Source of the DNA: Anaerolineales bacterium
GTDB lineage: Bacteria > Chloroflexota > Anaerolineae > Anaerolineales > UBA11579
Length of the DNA stretch: 64,000 nucleotides
Assembly (NCBI GenBank): GCA_025450445.1
Contig: JANWHN010000086.1
Location: 8,770-72,769 of the forward strand
Direction: 5' to 3'
The notes beneath the pieces were generated by a model. The model saw nothing but the letters and a program-made list of their open reading frames with translations, made no database searches and was not told where the DNA came from. The first letter of the stretch is position 1; every line of letters begins with the position of its first letter. A program made the position numbers and the translations under genes. Below are positions 58,087 to 64,000 of this stretch, piece after piece.

Positions 58087-58201
58087 ACTCCCCCTTGTTG
58101 CAACTTTTGTGCCTATTTCCTTGAACTCTCGTCATTGCGAGCCCGCCACAGGCGGGCGTGGCAATCTGAATTTCTTCCTCCCTTCGTTTTCTCGACGTCC
58201 T

Positions 58202-58777
58202 TTATCCTTGCTCAGGCACCCCCTTTAGCCCCAGCTCGTCAGCATTCGCTTGCATCGCCGCCAGCACGTTTCCGGCATGCTCCCATAGTTCCATCCCAAA
58301 CTCAGCGGTCGCCTCCTCCATCTCCTCCCGTTTCGCGCCCGCCGCAAAAGCCTTGTCCTTCCACTTGTTCTTGATCGACTTGACCTTTACATCCAGGATC
58401 GATTTTGACGGCCTCACCAACGTTACCGCCGTGATCAATCCCGTAATCTCATCGCAGGCATACAGCGCCTTCTGCATGCGCGTCTCCCGCAGTACGCCGG
58501 TGTGATTGGCGTGGCTCAGCACGGCGGCGATCACTTCTTCCGGGACGCCCCGTTCGCGCAATATCGGTGCGCCATCCTGAGGATGTCCTTCCAGGGTCGG
58601 GTGGATCTCCCAATCGAAGTCATGCAAGAGTCCTGCCAGTCCCCACATCTCAGCATCCTCGCCAAACATCTTGGCATAGTGGCGCATGGCTGTTTCAACT
58701 GCCAACATATGCCGCACCAGGCCCTCGTTCTTCACGTGCTCGCGCACAATTGCTAAAGCTTCTTCTCTACTTGTCAT
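58202..58777 (-). CDS. HD/HDIG-domain metal-dependent phosphohydrolase
   Basis: 191 aa with ...HMLAVETAMRHYA...GLLHDFDWE...HP..G... Confidence 0.75.
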   Translation of the reverse strand: MTSREEALAIVREHVKNEGLVRHMLAVETAMRHYAKMFGEDAEMWGLAGLLHDFDWEIHPTLEGHPQDGAPILRERGVPEEVIAAVLSHANHTGVLRETRMQKALYACDEITGLITAVTLVRPSKSILDVKVKSIKNKWKDKAFAAGAKREEMEEATAEFGMELWEHAGNVLAAMQANADELGLKGVPEQG

Positions 58778-58909
58778 CTATTTTCTTTCTTCCAATTTTT
58801 TTGGAATGCGGCATTCTATCACCGCAATGTTGAAAAACCGCTTTTTGGGCGGCTTTGTCAAGCTATTCATCCCCCTGCGCTGCATCCTAATTGCTGAAGA
58901 TTGGTCCGC

Positions 58910-61057
58910 CTAGATCGTGCGCTCCCGGATCTCCGCGCTCACATAGTCCAGCGTAGCGACCGTGATAGCGATCAACCAGACCGCGATGCCAACCAGCTCC
59001 CATTGATACAGGCGCTGCCACTGCAGCATGATGAAGCCGATACCACCGCCGCCTACGAAGCCGATGATGGTCGACATGCGCACGTTGATATCCCAGCGGT
59101 AGACAGTGAACGAGATCGCCGGCGGCAGGATCTGCGGGATGACCGCATACACAATTGTCTGCAATCTCGTTGCCCCAGTCGCATTCAGGGCTTCCAGCGG
59201 CCCCGGTTCGATGCTCTCGATTGCCTCCGAATAAAGCTTGGCAAGGGAGGCGACCGTATGCAGCGTCAGCGCTAGCATGCCGGCAAATGGGCCGAGGCCG
59301 ACCCAAATCGCAAAGATGATCGCGTAGATCAGCGCTTCAACCGAGCGCAGGATATTAAGGATTGTGCGGGTCGTCGTGTAGATGATCGACCCGATCGGGA
59401 TGCCGCGCCCGCCGCGATTGCGGAACGCGTACAGCAGCGTGAGTACTGCCAACAAAATGGCTCCTGCGTAAGCAAAATTCTGCTCGTTGATCGCGGCGAT
59501 ATCTGCACCTTGGACGATACTCATCACCCCGCGGCTGAATCCGCGTCCCAGGAAATAACCGGGCACGGCGATCATCGCCGCCAGCAAAATCGCGGAGATC
59601 GTGTCGTTGGCCGCACCGCCCAATCGCTCGAGCATCAGTGCAAACAGGCGACCTGCCAGTGTCAAACCCGCGTATCCCAAACCGATCACTAGAACGGCGC
59701 CGATTAAAAATATCTGGATCGGCGCATTTGCTAATCCGCCCAGCGCTTCTGCAGCGCGTCCGGCCAGCTCGCTCCCCAACCAGATCCCAGCCACAAGCCC
59801 TACGATGCCACCGACAATGCCATTCAACGGGCTCACTATCGGCGCCATCAGGTTGCGCGCCGCCAGGAAGGAGATCGGGAAGGCGAGGATCATGCCGAAG
59901 AACGTTGCCATGAGCCCCATCATGATCGTTTCGAGCATGCCCACCAGAGCTAGCTTCATGTCATCGCTAAAGCGCCAGCCGAAAACTTCAACATCCTCCT
60001 GTCGCACCACCAGCGTGTGGATCTGATCGCCAGAAGCCGTCGCTTCGGGAATCACGACGTCCGGGATATTCAATTGTGAAGTGAATTCACCGTTCTCGTT
60101 GATCAGGATTTCAGTCTCGCCCACACCTCGCGGTCTGAAGGCATTCCCGATCGGGTTCTTCCACAAAATATTCACCGTTTGCCCGGGCACGAACCCGCCG
60201 CCGGTAATTGTCAGCAATGTTCCCGGTTCAAACCCGCCGGTGATCGCCCTAACGCCTACTTCGCCACAAGTAGGCGTCGCGCTGATCCACGGCTCGCCGG
60301 CTTGCGGCTCGTTTGATGGCGGGCCAATCGCGCCGTCGGGGCAAGGCGCTTGGATAAGCTGGGTTTCCTCGACCACTTCCTGGTCGTAGGCAAACGCCGC
60401 CCGCCACGGCCAAAGAATGCGCGGCAGCAGGATCGAGATGTCTTGGTACTCGGTGATCGCTTTGGGCAGGTCGACGCGGGTGATGTTGTAGCCCAGGCTG
60501 AAGACCAGCAAGCAAACGAGCAAGATCGGTAACGCCAGGGAAGGCAAGTGCCCACCGAGGCCAGCGCCTCCAATGCGAGCTGCATCGGCAACGTTCCACA
60601 GCCATAAAGCCGCCAATGACCCAGCCGCAAACAACGCCGTTCCGCCAAACACGAAAGCTAATTGCTCAGCGCTCCCGGCCGTTGCGAGGATCTGGTTTCC
60701 GGCGACCACCAGGGCAAGAAAATAGAGGATGCCCATCCCGTAGGCGCTGAACGCCTCCAGGCTGGCATCGCGTAAGATGAATCGCGAGACCAGCGCGCGC
60801 AACGCGACCAAAAAGAGCAAAAGCAACCCGGTCGCAAAAACCAGTTTCGCAAAAATAACAAAACTTAGGGAAAAGTCTGGAAAGCGGGCTTTTTGAGATA
60901 TGGTCCAAGCGCTCAATCCCCCGAGAACGACTACTGACGCAAATATTGCCGAGCCGCGCCCCCGCGCCCCCACCACGAACTGCCCCAGCCCCGGCACGAG
61001 CAACGACAAGATGCCGTGCAACAGTGATGGTCGTGGAGCTGCTATTCCTTTTGTCAT
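58910..61057 (-). CDS. phnE: Phosphonate ABC transporter permease PhnE with a roughly 380-aa N-terminal membrane + extracytoplasmic extension
   Basis: The C-terminal half has two PhnE-type permease segments (...LETIMMGLMATFFGMILAFPISFLAARN... and ...EAIESIEPGPLEALNATGATRLQTIVYAVIPQILPP...VRMSTIIGFVGGGGIG). Confidence 0.85.
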   Translation of the reverse strand: MTKGIAAPRPSLLHGILSLLVPGLGQFVVGARGRGSAIFASVVVLGGLSAWTISQKARFPDFSLSFVIFAKLVFATGLLLLFLVALRALVSRFILRDASLEAFSAYGMGILYFLALVVAGNQILATAGSAEQLAFVFGGTALFAAGSLAALWLWNVADAARIGGAGLGGHLPSLALPILLVCLLVFSLGYNITRVDLPKAITEYQDISILLPRILWPWRAAFAYDQEVVEETQLIQAPCPDGAIGPPSNEPQAGEPWISATPTCGEVGVRAITGGFEPGTLLTITGGGFVPGQTVNILWKNPIGNAFRPRGVGETEILINENGEFTSQLNIPDVVIPEATASGDQIHTLVVRQEDVEVFGWRFSDDMKLALVGMLETIMMGLMATFFGMILAFPISFLAARNLMAPIVSPLNGIVGGIVGLVAGIWLGSELAGRAAEALGGLANAPIQIFLIGAVLVIGLGYAGLTLAGRLFALMLERLGGAANDTISAILLAAMIAVPGYFLGRGFSRGVMSIVQGADIAAINEQNFAYAGAILLAVLTLLYAFRNRGGRGIPIGSIIYTTTRTILNILRSVEALIYAIIFAIWVGLGPFAGMLALTLHTVASLAKLYSEAIESIEPGPLEALNATGATRLQTIVYAVIPQILPPAISFTVYRWDINVRMSTIIGFVGGGGIGFIMLQWQRLYQWELVGIAVWLIAITVATLDYVSAEIRERTI

Positions 61058-61825
61058 CTATTCAACGCCGAGCCGCTGCGCTTCCTCGCCGTAGATTTCC
61101 TTGAAGCGCGAATCGCTGATCTCGGCAATATCTTTCTTTCCGCCCTCAAACACCAGCTTCCCGCTGCGCAAGCCGATCACCCGCGTGCTATAGCGCTGCA
61201 CTAAATCCAGGAAGTGCAGGCTGCACAACACGGTGATGTTGTCTTCTTTGTTCAGCTTTTCCAAATATCCTAGGATCGAATGCGACAGTACTGGGTCCAA
61301 GCTCGCCACGGGCTCGTCGGCCAATATCATCTTGGGCTGCTGCATCAGCGCTCGCGCAATTCCCACTCGTTGCTGCTGCCCGCCGCTCAGTTCATCCGCT
61401 CGGTTGTTGGCTTTGTCGGCAATTCCCACCCGCTCCAGCGCCGCAACCGCCAACGCTCGGTCAGCGCGACTGAAGCGGTTGATCAGGCTCCAACTGGGCG
61501 GCGTATAACCCAGCCGCCCGGAAAGCACATTGACCATTACGCTCGATCGTTTCACCAGATTGAATTGCTGGAACACCATCCCTATCTCGCGGCGCACCAT
61601 GCGCAGCTCGCTCTGATCGATATGGGTGATGTCGCGCCCGTTCCAAATGATCTTGCCTTCGCTGGGCTCCAGCAAGCGATTGATGCAGCGCAACAACGTC
61701 GATTTGCCAGAACCACTAAGGCCAATGATCCCCAGGAACTCACCTTCTTTAACTTCAAAGCTAACATCCCGTAAAGCAATCGTGCCGTCGGGATAAACCA
61801 TTGAGAGATGTTCGACTTTGAGCAT
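61058..61825 (-). CDS. phnC: Phosphonate ABC transporter ATP-binding protein
   Basis: GLSGSGKSTLLRCINRL (Walker A), LSGGQQQRVGIARAL (signature motif), ILADEP (Walker B), and the PhnC-type N-terminus. Confidence 0.92.
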   Translation of the reverse strand: MLKVEHLSMVYPDGTIALRDVSFEVKEGEFLGIIGLSGSGKSTLLRCINRLLEPSEGKIIWNGRDITHIDQSELRMVRREIGMVFQQFNLVKRSSVMVNVLSGRLGYTPPSWSLINRFSRADRALAVAALERVGIADKANNRADELSGGQQQRVGIARALMQQPKMILADEPVASLDPVLSHSILGYLEKLNKEDNITVLCSLHFLDLVQRYSTRVIGLRSGKLVFEGGKKDIAEISDSRFKEIYGEEAQRLGVE

Positions 61826-61857
61826 GGGCGACTACGAAGTGCATTATCGTTCAGACT

Positions 61858-61893
61858 TAAAAAAAAGAAAAGGGCGGCAACTGCCGCCCTTTT
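61858..61893 (-). terminator. Intra-operon rho-independent terminator/attenuator between phnD and phnC
   Basis: The minus strand reads AAGGGCGGCAGTTGCCGCCCTT followed by TTCTTTTTTTT. Confidence 0.65.
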
Positions 61894-61915
61894 CGTCTTT
61901 GCTGTTTTTTCTAGT

Positions 61916-62902
61916 CTAGTTGCAGGTGTTGGAAACTCGGCCGTCGTCGCCTACGCACATGCCGGCCGCCTCAAGTTGCTGGCGGAAGCCGTCGTAGAAC
62001 GCGTCGTCCGTTGCTTCCAAGCCACTCCAGCTATACACGGCAGCCAGGTCGGCCAAGCCTTCCTCACTGTCGTTCAGCGAAAGCAGCGCGGCGATCAGGG
62101 CTTCGGTCACGGCCGCATCCATATCCGGGTGGAAGCTGATCGTGTCGTTCGGGATCGGCGCAGATTCTGCGATAACCACGACCTGTTCCATTACATCCGG
62201 GAATTCTTCTTCCACGTTGGTGCGTGCATCCACGAAGGTGGAACCTGCGTCACAGTCGCCGTTGATCACCGCGATCACAACGCCGTCATGCCCGCCTGCG
62301 TCCACGATCTCCAACAGGTCAACTTCGGGGTCAATTCCCTCAGCTCGCATGGCAATGCTGGGGATGATCCAGCCTGAGGTTGATGTTGGGTCGGGGCGGC
62401 AGAAGGTGTGCCCAGCCAGGTCAGCGACGCTGGCGATGCCAGTGTCAGGTCGGGTGATCACCTGGCCTGCGTAGAATGCAGTTCCGAAGCGCAGCGAGAC
62501 CAGACCGACATCCGCGCAACCGCGTTCGTGCGCAACAATGTAGTTGAAGGTGTTCAGCGCACCCATGTGGGCTTCGCCGTTGCACATGGCTTCTACCGCT
62601 GCAGTGAAGTCGGTCGAGACGATCGGCTCTACGAACAGCCCGCTCGAAGCTTCGATGGCGGCGGTGATGTCCTCAGCTCCAGCCAAAACGGCTTCTGCGT
62701 CCTGCGAAGGAACCAAGACCCAAATGATCGGGTCTTCAGCCGTGCCAAGGGTTGATGGCTCAGCAGTTGGCTCCGGCACCGCGGTGGGGTGCGGCGTATT
62801 CGGTACTACGGTCGGCACGTTGGCTCCCGCGCCGCCGCAGGCTGCCAGCAGCAACGAAGTTGCTGCTACCACGGCCAGCAATGAAAAAAAGCGATTCTTC
62901 AT
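61916..62902 (-). CDS. phnD: Phosphonate/phosphite ABC transporter substrate-binding lipoprotein
   Basis: Lipobox LLLAAC, a Pro/Thr linker, then the PhnD-like body (...FYAGQVITRPDTGIASVADLAGHTFCRPDPTSTSGW...). Confidence 0.88.
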   Translation of the reverse strand: MKNRFFSLLAVVAATSLLLAACGGAGANVPTVVPNTPHPTAVPEPTAEPSTLGTAEDPIIWVLVPSQDAEAVLAGAEDITAAIEASSGLFVEPIVSTDFTAAVEAMCNGEAHMGALNTFNYIVAHERGCADVGLVSLRFGTAFYAGQVITRPDTGIASVADLAGHTFCRPDPTSTSGWIIPSIAMRAEGIDPEVDLLEIVDAGGHDGVVIAVINGDCDAGSTFVDARTNVEEEFPDVMEQVVVIAESAPIPNDTISFHPDMDAAVTEALIAALLSLNDSEEGLADLAAVYSWSGLEATDDAFYDGFRQQLEAAGMCVGDDGRVSNTCN

Positions 62903-63070
62903 GTGTCTTTCTCCTTGGAAAAATGGGTTGGGGTCTTCATGAGCCGTCGGCTCGGATGAAGTGTACTGTGGAACGGGCAGGTCTCACCTTAAAAAATCAC
63001 GATATGCGGGGTTTAACAAAATCTTTACGACCTTTTTAACTTTAACGCCGCCACGATAGAATCATTACAG

Positions 63071-64000
63071 ATGTCCAGATTAACGTATCCAACGCTTGAA
63101 CAATTTCTAAAGGAACTGCCGGATCTTGGCGCTCGCCGCCAAGATTCCATGAGCTCTGCGGACTTCACCTTTGAGCACGTGCAGGTATTGATGAGCGCTC
63201 TGGGCGAGCCGCAGCAAGAATACCCGTGCATTCATATCGCCGGCACCAATGGCAAGGGAAGCGTCACCGCCTTTTGCGCCGCGGCCCTGCAAGCCCAGGG
63301 CTACAAGGTGGGGTGCTTCACGTCGCCGCATGTTCATAGCGCGCTGGATGGGATTTCGATAAACGGCGAAGTTGTCGCCCAAGACGAGCTGGCCAAGACA
63401 TTTGAGCTCATTCGCCCCCATCTGGATCCTTCGCTCGTGTGGACCTATTTCGAGATCGTCACCGCGCTGGCATTTACTCACTTCGCCCGCGTCGGTGTGG
63501 ATGCGGCGGTCATCGAGGTCGGTCTTGGCGGCCGGCTGGATGCCACCAACGTGCTGACCCCAGTCGTCTCGGTCATCACCCCCATCGATTTCGATCACAC
63601 CTCGATCTTGGGCAACACCCTCGCCGCCATCGCCACCGAGAAAGTGGGCATTATTAAGCAGCAGGTTCCCGTGGTATTGGGGCAACAACCCGCTGAAGCG
63701 CGCGAGGCGATTGTGAAGATCGCCGTCGAGAAGCGGTCGCCAATCACTGAGGTTGGGGCTGATATTTTGTTTTCGCGCGGAGCGTTTGATCAAGCGGGTC
63801 AGCAGGTTGGCATTTGGCGCAAGGAGCGCCCGGAGCAAGCGAACCACTTGCGAATTGGCCTGCACGGCGCACATCAGGTCGCCAATGCGGCCACCGCATT
63901 CGCCGCCCTGCAGGTCGCCAGCGATCGTGGCTTGCAAACCACCTTGGCTTCCATCGAAAAAGGCTTCGCCGCCGCCCGCTGGCCGGGCCGCTTTGAAATC
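63071..64000 (+). CDS. folC: Folylpolyglutamate synthase / dihydrofolate synthase (5' part, runs off the right edge)
   Basis: Frame 2 is open from ATG 63071 to the window end: ...CIHIAGTNGKGSVTAF...SPHV...EVGLGGRLDATNV...HQVANAATA...WPGRFEI. It is not in the supplied ORF track. The antisense 276-aa track ORF is a shadow of it. Confidence 0.9.
   Translation, partial: MSRLTYPTLEQFLKELPDLGARRQDSMSSADFTFEHVQVLMSALGEPQQEYPCIHIAGTNGKGSVTAFCAAALQAQGYKVGCFTSPHVHSALDGISINGEVVAQDELAKTFELIRPHLDPSLVWTYFEIVTALAFTHFARVGVDAAVIEVGLGGRLDATNVLTPVVSVITPIDFDHTSILGNTLAAIATEKVGIIKQQVPVVLGQQPAEAREAIVKIAVEKRSPITEVGADILFSRGAFDQAGQQVGIWRKERPEQANHLRIGLHGAHQVANAATAFAALQVASDRGLQTTLASIEKGFAAARWPGRFEI

Noticed and set aside
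63107-63937. A 276-aa minus-strand ORF at the right end of the window.
   Set aside because: It is an antisense shadow of folC, whose frame-2 ORF (GTNGKGS motif and others) is open from 63071 to the edge. The minus ORF has no recognisable motifs and an Arg/Gly/Ala-rich composition.
1-64000. A search for mobile elements, prophage, defence islands, toxin-antitoxin pairs, tRNA/rRNA genes and riboswitches.
   Set aside because: I found no integrase, transposase, recombinase, restriction or Cas-like motifs in any frame. All non-coding gaps are under 300 bp and showed no tRNA-like cloverleaf by eye. A tRNAscan/Infernal run would be needed to exclude small RNAs formally.

Overview
This is a chromosomal, mostly housekeeping window. 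Gene content suggests a Chloroflexota (Anaerolineae-like) bacterium: mevalonate kinase plus isopentenyl phosphate kinase, Chlor_Arch_YYY/DUF2298 giant membrane proteins, and a TopA with an extra N-terminal zinc ribbon. I call 47 protein-coding genes. One (pgk) is frame-broken. One (folC, 63071 to the right edge) is absent from the supplied ORF track because it runs off the window. I found no rRNA, tRNA, CRISPR array, transposase, integrase or obvious prophage by eye; no tRNA or ncRNA scan was possible. Many track ORFs are N-terminally over-extended or are antisense shadows in GC-rich genes, so I trimmed or rejected them. Three regions deserve a second look. (1) A small-peptide locus at 10.1-14.0 kb on the minus strand. 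A large ATPase-TPR regulator with a C-terminal SARP/BTAD domain is followed by a terminator, a direct-repeat promoter, and an SD-led 74-aa ORF. That ORF holds 4.6 tandem copies of a 14-aa Gly-rich unit whose copies differ mainly at synonymous sites. A 70-aa helical protein follows. (2) A 15.7-kb co-directional, translationally coupled operon at 30.6-46.4 kb. It encodes a UPF0104 flippase-like protein, an epimerase, a GT4, a methyltransferase and four GT-C-like/Chlor_Arch_YYY membrane giants of unknown function. A polyprenyl-phosphate phosphoribosyltransferase-like UbiA, mvk and ipk lie about 2.7 kb upstream. (3) A signal-less glycoside-hydrolase-like/NTF2 protein and an SH3b-like protein sit upstream of a deacetylase lipoprotein at 55.0-58.1 kb. 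Smaller oddities are a 1-nt frame break in pgk, an rpoC with no rpoB nearby but its own consensus promoter and about 225-nt leader, a coiled-coil insertion in beta-prime, and a PhnE with a roughly 380-aa N-terminal extension. All family assignments come from motif recognition by eye, not from database searches.
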